A stretch of DNA of 64,000 bases, from the IMG/VR virus record IMGVR_UViG_3300028393_000022, one strand, 5' to 3'. Position 1 is the stretch's first letter. Each line of letters starts with the position of its first letter. Made by a program: the position numbers and the translations under genes. Below, in pieces: positions 12,001 to 18,850 of this stretch. Source of the DNA: a virus. The notes beneath the pieces are model-generated. The model worked only from the letters and a program-made list of their open reading frames with translations. It had not been told where the DNA came from and made no database searches.

Positions 12001-12485
12001 ATAATATAAGACGGAGATCCAATAATATCATTTATATTGTCAGACTTTAAAAAAATAACGGTAGGGCCGACAGGAAGCCAATAATAGCTAGTATAGTTGA
12101 CTAGTTTATCCCAGTCAATTAACGGATCATAAGAATAAAATTTAGATTTTAATAAGGTGTCGAGATTATTTGTTTTGCTACCTTGTATTCCCAATTCATT
12201 AATTAAATCATTATATGCAACAGCATCAGTAATATTTCCTAATTGATCTTTAAAAACTATTGCTGGCTCTAAACTATAATTTTTTCTCAAAGGGGATGAA
12301 TCTTCGAGATAAGAATCCACCGCTGGACGATAATTGGGGGTAATTTTTGAACCAATATATCCATCAACCCGCTCAACTTGAGGCGTTTGAATAAGTTGAT
12401 CGATAGTGCTAGATAAAAACTTAGAGTTTTTATCTGTCCTTATATACTCTGGTAATAAATTAACTGATTTCTTAATATCCGCCAT
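1..12485 (-). CDS. Giant baseplate/virion structural protein (>4160 aa, gp7-position), 3'-truncated by window edge; contains a seven-repeat FG-GAP-like beta-propeller
   Basis: ATG at 12485, 1 nt after the gp6 stop, reads MADIKKSVNLLPEYIRTDKNSKFLSSTIDQL. The same frame gives protein-like sequence at ~6415 (QFGYSLQYD) and at the window edge (DNVKVYLNGKELRPGYDFAVNVINE). The ORF track lists no long closed minus-strand ORF here, which fits one ORF with no stop inside the window. Lies directly downstream of gp6. Confidence 0.88.
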   Translation of the reverse strand, partial: MADIKKSVNLLPEYIRTDKNSKFLSSTIDQLIQTPQVERVDGYIGSKITPNYRPAVDSYLEDSSPLRKNYSLEPAIVFKDQLGNITDAVAYNDLINELGIQGSKTNNLDTLLKSKFYSYDPLIDWDKLVNYTSYYWLPVGPTVIFLKSDNINDIIGSPSYIMSNGYPLSNGMKISISNVEYIVEGVGQSIKLIDFSLLTSSARIATGFDETFDSINFDNYPFDAGGDKRLPVEPDYITINRASKDLNPWSRYNRWFHRDIIEATANINNVPALYPLGARAKRPIVEFRPNLQLYNFGKVGNQNIDVIDNSVRDAFVEVDGSPGFYVDGTLLQKGNRVIFNADLNDAVRGRIFEIDINSAGEIPLLRLIPAADAIPSDHNSISINSGNEFYGTSWYFDATNIKWIYAQQHDKVNQPPLFDLFTADGTSFTKSLEINNFTGTKLFGYELGTVYDKVLKFSLKYQNSIGLGSYLFKNYFMTDTISVISNNASTTISAAVTYLKLDNELINVWVEASDYQIPIIEIQTIAEQTNTLTLTCLDKPIVTTDLTVEVYKNGKKLSSIISATSAEITITTDTLYINDVIVIKVFTTQQPNLNGYYETPIGLTNNPLNGTFSSMTLSELGDHLSSMVSKIPAYTGSNLRDLVNYTKNGTRLIVNANPISFAQIFLGKKEHNLVDAIRQAGDHYSQFKMNFLRSLIAIDNQASPIDAVDSILTNLNRAKDIKSMYQRSDMLGYGQNKTVRTFTVRDINNVEYPIGFEFDLTRLSFKAVNVYLNNVQQSYGVDYTFSYINGSVIFLTDLLVNDVISINCYPNTLGSYVPPTPSKLGLYPATVPEIYTDTSYVVPTLCIKGHDGSIIKAYGDYRDAIILEFEQRIFNNIKVQYNSKLFDIIAIQPGAFRNTKYSVEDLNSILISDFSRWAGINNVDVKTNSTFDSGNSKTWNFKGSIDKWFNSEVTGTSKNLFRYFYDTQRPDIRPWEMLGLTTKPIWWENIYGPAPYTSANTVMWSDIELGYNASTGTFDTNYVRQGLSNIIPVDALGNLKSPELFLVSASNYQDKLASWKFGDMGPAENAWRNSSAWPFALISTAALLDPTNFCSTLYDTSRTTINPLGQVTYTTTGLYLDPRKLVIEGDADSMIAGYGSYVIEKGNQKDQNYINVLKQDLTYLESNLFHKLGGFASKEKLQITIDSIDPASTSPGVVLPPEDYSLILNVSNPIKTARISGIIVQRSNGNFVIKGYDVANPYFKIFNPISNAATGAVKVGGVSEEFSDWSNVVNNGNSGLSSVDLTSASGPTTRYYKQGQLIRYGNKFYRVKVGHVAESTFDPTLYVPLPGLPIVGGAEAKLASSFEKTITQIPYGTELSTVQEVYNIIVGYGAYLEAEGFIFDEFSTDLNEMLNWKFTGKEFLYWTTQNWAENNLITLSPFANYIKYSFPNSVADDINSSKYEYSLLKADGKPYPINSFTMSREDTVCIIKTTDPNEGLFFATINSVQKEHAMVFKNYTMFNDIIYDVETGYKQQRIKLSGFRTKNWNGDLFSPGFVFDNVKIIDWSASGTYLPGTVVRYNGRYYEALAKVSASPTFNFTEWDQLASKPIPQLLPNFDYKINQFEDFYSLDIDNFDFGQQRLAQHLTGYTPRTYLDNIFTNSISQYKFYQGFIKDKGTKNALDKLSKAAQNTNKGNITFKEEWAFRVGQYGSYNSFNEIEFPLTEGTALENPYIVKFTDSIPTVTAPLVNYVTSASLLLTPNNYVPSNTFDSYKGTWEDNNLKLTTAGYVRLDDITSTAYNKNSLLDIANNHILKEGDTIWLGFLENGDWTVYRYVKQLAEITGVYVSAPGSEITFVTDSYHNLTAGDIVSIVRFNQQVNGVYVVTSISELNQFTVSSTLTTIENAELLNYGSLFTFSSARYNNLDELSTITDLLKLNSGDKVWIDTGIDGKWQVYEKIKNYSPTVNAASTASLGQQFGSSIYANDNSDVMLVSAPGWRLENAFNWGRIKVYNKINNVWSRQYDYILNSSSKQYCSSTSSTQFGYSLQYDINKKLYIAGAPDATFVRSTTIGTGTVILSTGSGEIKSFVKEGLVKINSRDEEFGVINVDLVLVNPYGTTADTAANSRFGHSIYINQVSTGSTTMLVSAPGTASFNGPGSVYAYKITAITNTITNVTTATVKGFTLTNTVPLVVSTSSISLSAGNQWGYKVAGTLNGTTIAISAPGYFTSTGVVQLFDINLTHTQTINSPFGVNSKFGYDIAFSESKKYLLISAPETKSTNDPYGKVVIYTLTNGMYVLNQIISNPLPTNDLKFGHSISISKDELTIAISALGKNRSKKQVYDASINVGQTTFDGDSTKFFESVEDAGTVYVYNKIGNYFIQADELNDTVILKGSRYGNSVVATNHEVIIGAPTSQQYSASPLISDESKLYIFNKIDITSGSWKILREQEDTVDVSSINRVALIDTLKEEIVNYLDVVDPVKGKIAGIAEQELKYKAAFDPATYSIGLASTIVNNETNWLDEHIGDLWWDLSTAKYMWYEQGNEIFRKNNWGRMFPGATIDVYEWVKSDMLPSEWAAVADTNNGLTKGISGQPKYPDNSIISVKQVFNNVTGSFENVYYFWVKNKLTLPNNNRRLSSYQVASYIADPTANGLKFIEIISPNAVAFANVQSMLVGNRINASISTDANSIIPKHTEWLLLNEGDHTNVPNTLLEKKLFDSLLGHDSLGNVVPSTNLTYRNRYGIGIRPQQTFFKDRLAALRNLISFINSVFVKNRIVGNYSFENLNKKEELPALYSYEYDQIVEDLDALNEIYTVRYVQAELECYAENGKVKNVIITNPGFGYSIAPKINIISSSLTPAEITTTIDTQGRVISVTIINPGSGYTDINVQTTVRPHTVIVQTNSDINGKWSKHTFDYVFRTWIKTQTQKYDTTKFWTAVDWVSSEFDSYKSLTYTISNLSELGSLTSITDGEYVKVKNIGDGRYAILKKVNGLGNYIPLYDIIYRELGTIQLLDTLWDYTKGKYLYDAASIEETPYNQIPDQELYYILLALKNNIFINDLKVNWNLFFFAAVKFALTEQKLLDWAFKTSFINVSNNIGSLDQPSVYKLNNESYFEEYIKEVKPYHTKIRSYTSIYSHVDGQTSEGFNLNITDFDLPAYVNTLTNSLTTVNVGDPILMNYPWKNWNDNYKLFVGSIEVGYTGSGYSERPTVVITTAPGDSGSGAEAEAYIRNGKVYKVIVTNPGSGYTATPLATIVGGGSVIDVARVSVIMDNINTRKNLIGIKFDRTSSSGDLIDLTVTDEFLCDGTTNKFTLTWLASPDKKTITPLVDGKLVYSADYTIEYYQIKVEKDGINIPAAFPRNSWEGERMIDHRYKYFNTITPNNLPDNIRHYAKFVFLNQIPNFEQVFKITYNKNIDLYNAVDRINKMYNPTDLMPGKELPLLMDGIEYSGTQIQGLKFEQTPNWDSTGTGFDSAPWGDTLSSYTKTQLLQDLYFPTQAFSVASIDGIFPGQSIGFAGTSTYNQIFKPGTVVTGVNRPLPERKDGIVYISTLDRVDTQIFYAWSTGTAKGSTITIETKDPFRTAISKGDRVKIYGVNSLAGYGIETIYFVRGSRPVVNTYTDIPSVSVIIAPPDFPGGIQATAVPLFDGNTATIIQVTNPGMGYSIPPNMYLSGPLKSYGSIAGSLDPGYNQFAYVEAATTNQIQFKSQFTLSSTATVLPLMPLSGRFPYFDLLSENVSYVNSKNKLIDHTVTTFDSSTHLVVNILATVEQTARASVYLNSTEVLSTSTDTVWYSVTNSVDGYNRSIVSVQNATGAILSGTVDVKLYDFTEIEFYSYNTEYSNLDSLISGSYIQDNFNGYKAEDIRIDGNNFLNEIDSHAPEECVPGYVRDSLGINVYTVGTPSSPLVQSGVFTAITNVPTRAKLTYVPATPAGFLVYANGITYTRVDNEGAFSSSTQYAIFGNEIIVPAQLAITKIGYTFITVGSDVKMDSSFIAVDISTIEGTGTAMVSSLLMIDDVKSVYVLANGHPVPLLLPGYNYGYTLEPVSLVNNRASVKIYGLNSGSYTFEAWFFDAVYPVFNRVYEQFNTVSSSSSSITSMILAMPPTIIEPLSEEIIVEKITSTGRYRMLPPWATYYKIRSGITTFAIDPKNSRPSTYSLDNVKVYLNGKELRPGYDFAVNVINE

Positions 12486-12486
12486 G

Positions 12487-15400
12487 TTAGGTTCCGCTAG
12501 TAGTTACGATTGTTGATGTTGCTTTTAATTGAGATGCTGTGATAGCATCAATGATTTCTATATCTGCAATTTCGGCACCACTAATAAAAATTTCGTTAGA
12601 TTGAGCAGCTACTTCATATAGACTGCCAAAACTACCAATGCTTTTAGGAGTGATAACAAAATTAGTTATGTCCGGAGATAATTGATTCATTACATAAGTT
12701 GATAATTCGCTAAAGTAGAAAGATTGGCCAAATTCCCAATTTTCTAATGCAAAGAATTCATTAATAGCTGATAAAATTCTAGTCTTTAAGTCATTGCTAG
12801 TAGTAGGCCTATCAGAATTTCTTACAGCCTTGAATTTTGCCTGCAGACTCGATGATGCTTGTCTGCCAAATAATACTTTGTATTTTACTGAATGAAAAAT
12901 AATCTCATCACTAATGGCTTTAATTGGTTCTAAGTAATTAGAATAATTTTGTTCTAAACTATAGCTTGTAGGCGCAAGAGGTTCTGTAGGAAGATTTCCT
13001 GCTAACCAACTTCTAATCTCAGTGTCATATCCTGTAGTCAAAACATATATATCTATAATGTTTGACTTACTGGGATCAATTCGCCTTTCATAACCGCTAT
13101 TATGAACATATTGAAATTTTAAATTAGAGCGGCCAGGTCTTGCAAAATACTGATCAGTATATATCAATGTTGCAGTAGTCTTGGACCAGTACTTAACTAT
13201 ATTAAGTGACGGATTGTAAAAATAAAATAAATCACCATCATTTACATCTGCAGTATTATATGTAGAGAAAAAATTGTTTTCAGTATCAAGAGGTACAATA
13301 CCAGTCGTTAAATCGTAACGTAGTCCATCGCTTCTACGTTTAAAATATACAAAGTTTTTTTTAAATCCTGTAGCAGGATCAATAAAATTAGGATTAACAA
13401 TGGTATTAAAAGAATCAGGATCTTCTATTTGTCCTGTATTATTATAATCGTAAAAACTAACTTTAATTTTCTTAGGGTTAACATACCCATCAGCTTCGAT
13501 TACAGGGTTGTCTATTTGCCACGAATAGTCAGATACTAGTTTACTTGAATAGTTATTTCCTGCTAACCAGTTATTTGATACTTTTCTAAAAACAATTTTT
13601 GTGTTTGTATTAATATAATAATCACCATTGCTACCAATGATAGAAGTTGGATTTGTTGTATCTGAAAACCAAGATTTAGTCGATTCAGGTTCGGTGTTAA
13701 TAGATAATACACTGATTTTATCTTTAATAACTTTGTTAGTAACAAAATCATAATTTACAGATGTGTTGTCAACATAAAAAGCTGTTTCAGCATTACTTTC
13801 AAATATAAAATTTAAATTCCTGTATCTTACTTTGTAATTTTTTCCTGTCCATACAAATGCAATAATCCAACTGGCGTCTGTGCCAGCATCGTCTACATTG
13901 CCCTGATTGATTAAATTAAAGGAACTAATTAAATCTAAGTTAGAATTTAAAATTATTTCCCACGATCTTGATTGCGCAGATATTGTTAAACCAAAATTTC
14001 TTTGACTCATACAAAGATTTGCAATTTCATTTTCTATAGAATAATTTAATACATGGGCATATGTGGGAATGACTTCTACAGGAATTGCTCCCTGGGGAAC
14101 ACGACTTGCAAAAATAACAGGACCAGTTCCGTCATCGAGTGCTCCTGCACCGCTATTACTACCATCACCTATAACTTGATACACCATAGACCAAATATAG
14201 TCTCGACCACCTGTTGGAATAATACCAGACGACGGAATTGTTATAAGCGCATTGTCTGCATCAAAATATTTTCCGGTAGTGGGATTAAATTTAACCAATG
14301 CTCCAGGGGTTAAGTATCTTAAATTTTGTTCTGAATAGGCTCCCACTGCCAATGCACCGTATGCATTAGTAAAATAACCTCTACTCTGTCCAGGAGTTTT
14401 ATTAACTTCATTCCAAGTTAACAATAAAGAAGAAAGTTCAGGATTTGTAAAATTTGCTATATAAAAAGATTTTATGCTGTTAGATAAGACTACCGGAGCA
14501 AGTTGATTTTTAATAACTGCTAATACTTGATTTCTACTAGTAAATTCAAATTCAAAATATTCTTCTGATGATTCTTGATATAAGATACCGTCTGTTGCAA
14601 AAATATTAGTGCTACTATATCCGCCTGTTACATCAGAAAGATCAAAATATTTGCTCAGGCCGCTGCTAACTCTATTAACACTTTTAATTTTTAAAATGTC
14701 TGTGCCAGCTTTTAATGGAGCAATATTATAATCTTCCCCCGTAATCATTCTATTTTGTAGATAGTAAGATTGAGGAGCATTAGTTTGAATACTGGCGTTT
14801 GTTTCAGGTCCTGAACTATTACCAACAGTATATTGCAAGCTAAGTGTCATACTCAATGTATGAGGTTGATTTGCTGCATTTACATACGGTACTTGGATAA
14901 GAATACCGCTCATCTGTTCTGGCTTAATTACATATGTCTTTCCGTTACTCTGGCGATAAAATAATCGAAAATTACCTTTAGGTAGGTCGCCAAATACACC
15001 GTCGGCAAAGTTTAAATCTATTTGATCATTTTCTCTAGGAGTGACTGCATAGATGGTTCTTAGATCATTACTAAGACTGTTATAAATGACATTGTTAGTT
15101 CCGGATATTGTAGGAATATTGGTCCATAATGTAGAAAAGTTTCCATTCTTATCTAGTTGCCATAACCATACATCAGTATCATTGATGTCCGGGGTATTGA
15201 TTCCTACAATTTCATTTGGTACAGGATGATCTAAACTAAACTGGGCCATACTAATAGAGCCCTGTTTGAACATTGTAAAGAATCCTGTATCTGCACTGCC
15301 AGATCCCTGATTATCATTTTTGTAAATTATGCTAAATTTACCTGCAGGCTTAGGTGCAGATTCATAAACGTATGTTTTGCCTGCAAAGGTACACGAAGGT

Positions 15401-16032
15401 ACTTCAAAACTCATGTTGATACCGTTAACAGCTTTATTATAACTGAATAACGGTACATCAATCGTCGAGCTGTTAAGGTCATATTGTTCAGTTAATATGC
15501 CATCAATAGTAGTCCTGTCAGAAGGGACACCGAAATTAGAACTCATAGCAGAGTTCATAATGTTAATAAATTGCTGATACCAGTTTGAGTTAGTAGGATC
15601 GTTCCACCCTATTGTGGTATTAGCTAAGTTAGTACCGTTAGAATCAATCACACTATCAGTGGTAGAAACAGCAGTTACTTTTAAGAACCCATGTGCAGGG
15701 GTATTCCTTTTAGGGTGATAACTGATCAATTGTGCTAGACGTAGAATACTATCGCGGCGCTGGGCAGTTTCTAAGAAGTTTTCTCGGGCGTTTAGATCAA
15801 TACGGAAACTTAGGTTCTGTCCCAAATATGCAATTAGATCAATAAGGGCAACATATTCGCTGCTGTCAATAAAGTCGTTGAAATCTTCAGGATAATTTTC
15901 CTGAAGATATTGAATCATTGTTCTTCTTAATGTCTCAAAATCATAGCTTTTGAAGTCAGCATTGCGGAAAGATTGATAAATCTTTTTCCAATCTTCGCCG
16001 ACTAGTAATTGGGTGTTAGTTGAAGGAATCAT
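12487..16032 (-). CDS. gp6: Baseplate wedge subunit, T4 gp6-like
   Basis: 1181 aa. N-terminal DFKSYDFETLR...DFNDFIDSS...LIDLIAYLGQNLSFRIDLNARENFLETAQRRDS and internal NRMITGEDY are gp6-family hallmarks; adjacent to gp25. Confidence 0.9.
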   Translation of the reverse strand: MIPSTNTQLLVGEDWKKIYQSFRNADFKSYDFETLRRTMIQYLQENYPEDFNDFIDSSEYVALIDLIAYLGQNLSFRIDLNARENFLETAQRRDSILRLAQLISYHPKRNTPAHGFLKVTAVSTTDSVIDSNGTNLANTTIGWNDPTNSNWYQQFINIMNSAMSSNFGVPSDRTTIDGILTEQYDLNSSTIDVPLFSYNKAVNGINMSFEVPSCTFAGKTYVYESAPKPAGKFSIIYKNDNQGSGSADTGFFTMFKQGSISMAQFSLDHPVPNEIVGINTPDINDTDVWLWQLDKNGNFSTLWTNIPTISGTNNVIYNSLSNDLRTIYAVTPRENDQIDLNFADGVFGDLPKGNFRLFYRQSNGKTYVIKPEQMSGILIQVPYVNAANQPHTLSMTLSLQYTVGNSSGPETNASIQTNAPQSYYLQNRMITGEDYNIAPLKAGTDILKIKSVNRVSSGLSKYFDLSDVTGGYSSTNIFATDGILYQESSEEYFEFEFTSRNQVLAVIKNQLAPVVLSNSIKSFYIANFTNPELSSLLLTWNEVNKTPGQSRGYFTNAYGALAVGAYSEQNLRYLTPGALVKFNPTTGKYFDADNALITIPSSGIIPTGGRDYIWSMVYQVIGDGSNSGAGALDDGTGPVIFASRVPQGAIPVEVIPTYAHVLNYSIENEIANLCMSQRNFGLTISAQSRSWEIILNSNLDLISSFNLINQGNVDDAGTDASWIIAFVWTGKNYKVRYRNLNFIFESNAETAFYVDNTSVNYDFVTNKVIKDKISVLSINTEPESTKSWFSDTTNPTSIIGSNGDYYINTNTKIVFRKVSNNWLAGNNYSSKLVSDYSWQIDNPVIEADGYVNPKKIKVSFYDYNNTGQIEDPDSFNTIVNPNFIDPATGFKKNFVYFKRRSDGLRYDLTTGIVPLDTENNFFSTYNTADVNDGDLFYFYNPSLNIVKYWSKTTATLIYTDQYFARPGRSNLKFQYVHNSGYERRIDPSKSNIIDIYVLTTGYDTEIRSWLAGNLPTEPLAPTSYSLEQNYSNYLEPIKAISDEIIFHSVKYKVLFGRQASSSLQAKFKAVRNSDRPTTSNDLKTRILSAINEFFALENWEFGQSFYFSELSTYVMNQLSPDITNFVITPKSIGSFGSLYEVAAQSNEIFISGAEIADIEIIDAITASQLKATSTIVTTSGT

Positions 16033-16077
16033 AATTCTGCTCTATACCATATTTATTAAAAAAATTAACCGCATATA

Positions 16078-16515
16078 TTATTGTAGTACTAGGCCAATTT
16101 TCTGGTCAAAGGCCATTCGTAATGTTGAGGATTGGTCTGTATTTTTCATCGACAATGCAACTTCAATAAGGTATCCTTGTGGATATTCTGTAATTTGAAT
16201 TTGTGTGGGATATACTCTAGGATCTAGATTACATATATCTTCAACATCCTTAGTTAATGCCATCTTAATCTGAGGAGTAAGAGGTTCCATTAATACATCC
16301 CAAACAATACTACCAAAGCTAGGGTTCATTACACGCTGACCTTTACGTGTATTAAAATGGTTAAGGATGTTTTGTTTAATTAAGTCAAAGTCATATAACT
16401 TAGAGGATCTATTGTCAGGATCGACGGTACTGAACCCTTTGTAATAATGAGTTAATACGTCAGTATGCTGGCTGCTGTAGTTCTGAACATTAATTTCTAA
16501 ATTCTTGTATGGCAT
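16078..16515 (-). CDS. gp25: Baseplate wedge subunit gp25-like (sheath initiator)
   Basis: 145 aa. IKQNILNHFNTRKGQRVMNPSFGS...LMEP...DPRV matches the GPW/gp25 family pattern. Confidence 0.9.
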   Translation of the reverse strand: MPYKNLEINVQNYSSQHTDVLTHYYKGFSTVDPDNRSSKLYDFDLIKQNILNHFNTRKGQRVMNPSFGSIVWDVLMEPLTPQIKMALTKDVEDICNLDPRVYPTQIQITEYPQGYLIEVALSMKNTDQSSTLRMAFDQKIGLVLQ

Positions 16516-16522
16516 GGTATAT

Positions 16523-18847
16523 TTATTTTCCTGCAGAACCAGTTTTTACAGGGTTGCCGCTGCCATCAGAGACAATGCCACCTGAGCCTGAACTTACAAC
16601 ATTTCCTTTTAATTGTCCCAAGAAACATTCATAATAGCCTTGCTTCTTAGCATGAATATCTGGAGTACAGAATCCTACTGCTTTATAACCTTCTTCAAAA
16701 TAATCAGGTCCAGGATTTGTATTCAATGTTTTTAATCTAGGATGTGTTAAGAAATAGATAACAACAATCTGTCCAGCTAGAGCCGGATCATTGACTAGTT
16801 CTGGGTTATCAACCAATGCCGTTGGGCTACTTACTAGACCTTTTTCATATAACAACTTGCTAAACTTAGTGTAGTTAGCGCGGCCGGTTAGACCAATATA
16901 TCCGCGACCGATATACTTTAAGCCGTCGCCTGGCTGTGTATTGCCAAGTCCTTTACCCTTAGCTGTATTGTATCCATATAGGAATTCAGGTAAGCTATTG
17001 CCAGGGTTACCTGCATATTTCTGAGCTAATTCTTTGTCACCTTTAAACACACTAGGGAATACTTGTAGCAATCTATCTGCTTGGTAGTTAAAGTTTTCTA
17101 CAACCAACTTCCATAAACTTTCTCCTCCGGCAACACCCAACATTGTAGCAATTTGATAAGGATTAGTTATTCCTAATTTTGCACAAGCATCTTTGATTGC
17201 TTTAATACCTGCTTGACATTGAGGTAAGTTAATCTCTTTTGACCTAGTCGGATCGCAAGTACCTGGTTGTATTTCAGGTTGGTTAGCAGGTTCTTGAGTT
17301 CCGCTTGCCGGATTTGGAGGAACACCCTGAGCACTTCTATCAGCTAATGTTACATCAGTTGCAGCAGAACTAAATTTTGTAGGATTAACGTTTTCATGTT
17401 GTGGCCAAGGTTCGTGTGTTGGAACACGTTGCATAATTGTTTTAATAGTTCCGGTATTGTAAAACTTGCCATCGCTCCATCCATACGGAACTTGTTTATC
17501 AGGTAAACTATTGATTGTTAAATGTGCAGGGGTAGAGGCTGCAGAAGCAGTTGCAGGAGCTGCTGCACTAGGACCGTTTAGATGAATATTTGAACCCGAT
17601 ACTAATATATTACCGTTAGCTCCTAGATTCATTACGCCGCCAGTGCCTATGTTAATATTGCTGTTACTTGCCAAATTAATAGTAGCGGCCGCGGATAGTT
17701 TTATATCACTAGCCACATCAAGATCAAAGCTGCCACCTGTAGTCAATTTAATTGAATCTCCTACAGTTTCGTCTTTCGTTCCTCTAATTGCAACCTTTTG
17801 GTCAGCATCTACAATAAGATATTGATAACCTCCAACGTTAGTTTCCATATTCTTGCCAGCACGCATATGAATATTCCTACCAGCTTCAATATTAACATCA
17901 CGATCTGCTCTAAAGTTAAAATCTGCCTCAGTATGAATGCTAACGCTATCGGCTGCATAGATATCAATCTTGCCGGCACTAGTCATTTCAATCCACGACG
18001 TACCTTTGCTATTACCTATATAGATTAAGTCATGACTATTATGTAAAAGAATTTGATGACCTGTTCTAGTTCTTAATCTAACCAACTCATTCTGTCCGTT
18101 TACATCGCCGTCATCCATTACAAAACTACTGCCGCCCAGTCTACTAACTGGTGCTCTAGAATTTTCTTCATAACCTAACTTACCACGTTTTGCACCTGGA
18201 CTGTCGTCAAGAGGGCCAGGTGTGCTAATACCAAATACTCCGCTAGGTACTTCTCGACGAGCACTACTAGACGTAACACCTCGAACAGTATCTAACAATA
18301 ATCCCTGTTGTACTAATCTATCAGCAAAAGGATGTACAGGTTTAGCAAATCTCTCAACATTAGGGTTATCTAACTTTTTAGATCCTTTGTGAAACTCTGC
18401 AACTGGCAAATAATCTGTACCATATTTTCTTCGTTGTTCTTCTGTGACAGCAACTTGTTTGCTAGCAGCAATACCGGGTACCATATGATTCTGAAATACA
18501 TCATGTACACATCCCATGAAGAATCCCTGATTAGGATCTCCATCAATAAAGATAACCATTACTGTTGTACCAATGTCTGGGGGAATAGCCCAAAAACCAT
18601 AACTCTTTTGTACATCGTTAAAGTCGCTACTATTAGTGCCTTCGTGTCTAATAGAAGTATTTCCAGCAAAGGGACTTAGATATCGAACAACATAAGTTTC
18701 ACCCTGCGATTGTGTAGAACTCGGCATCCCTTTTATCAATGCAACTTCTATACTGCCCATGTAGGTAGGGTCAAGGTGGTTTGTTACTTCCGCTAGAAAC
18801 GGTCCAGGTGAAGGTAACTTAGCCGTTTGTCTTTTTTCAAAACCCAT
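16523..18847 (-). CDS. gp5: Baseplate central spike gp5-like with C-terminal glycoside hydrolase family 19 lysin domain
   Basis: OB-fold (DPTYMGSIEV...PPDIGTTVMVIFIDGDPNQGF), RTRTGHQI...SWIEM, beta-helix repeats, RVPTHEPWPQHEN tip motif, then GH19 signature GNTQPGDGLKYIGRGYIGLTGRANY. Confidence 0.88.
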   Translation of the reverse strand: MGFEKRQTAKLPSPGPFLAEVTNHLDPTYMGSIEVALIKGMPSSTQSQGETYVVRYLSPFAGNTSIRHEGTNSSDFNDVQKSYGFWAIPPDIGTTVMVIFIDGDPNQGFFMGCVHDVFQNHMVPGIAASKQVAVTEEQRRKYGTDYLPVAEFHKGSKKLDNPNVERFAKPVHPFADRLVQQGLLLDTVRGVTSSSARREVPSGVFGISTPGPLDDSPGAKRGKLGYEENSRAPVSRLGGSSFVMDDGDVNGQNELVRLRTRTGHQILLHNSHDLIYIGNSKGTSWIEMTSAGKIDIYAADSVSIHTEADFNFRADRDVNIEAGRNIHMRAGKNMETNVGGYQYLIVDADQKVAIRGTKDETVGDSIKLTTGGSFDLDVASDIKLSAAATINLASNSNINIGTGGVMNLGANGNILVSGSNIHLNGPSAAAPATASAASTPAHLTINSLPDKQVPYGWSDGKFYNTGTIKTIMQRVPTHEPWPQHENVNPTKFSSAATDVTLADRSAQGVPPNPASGTQEPANQPEIQPGTCDPTRSKEINLPQCQAGIKAIKDACAKLGITNPYQIATMLGVAGGESLWKLVVENFNYQADRLLQVFPSVFKGDKELAQKYAGNPGNSLPEFLYGYNTAKGKGLGNTQPGDGLKYIGRGYIGLTGRANYTKFSKLLYEKGLVSSPTALVDNPELVNDPALAGQIVVIYFLTHPRLKTLNTNPGPDYFEEGYKAVGFCTPDIHAKKQGYYECFLGQLKGNVVSSGSGGIVSDGSGNPVKTGSAGK

Positions 18848-18850
18848 ATT

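Noticed and set aside
1-12486. Apparent 12-kb gene desert with only short ORFs in the track (possible recoded or non-coding region)
   Set aside because: Explained by one minus-strand ORF lacking a stop inside the window; the short ORFs are shadows of it.
16042-16050. Upstream in-frame ATG GTA TAG before gp6 (possible TAG read-through or uORF)
   Set aside because: The ATG overlaps the promoter motif and would lie upstream of the expected transcription start.
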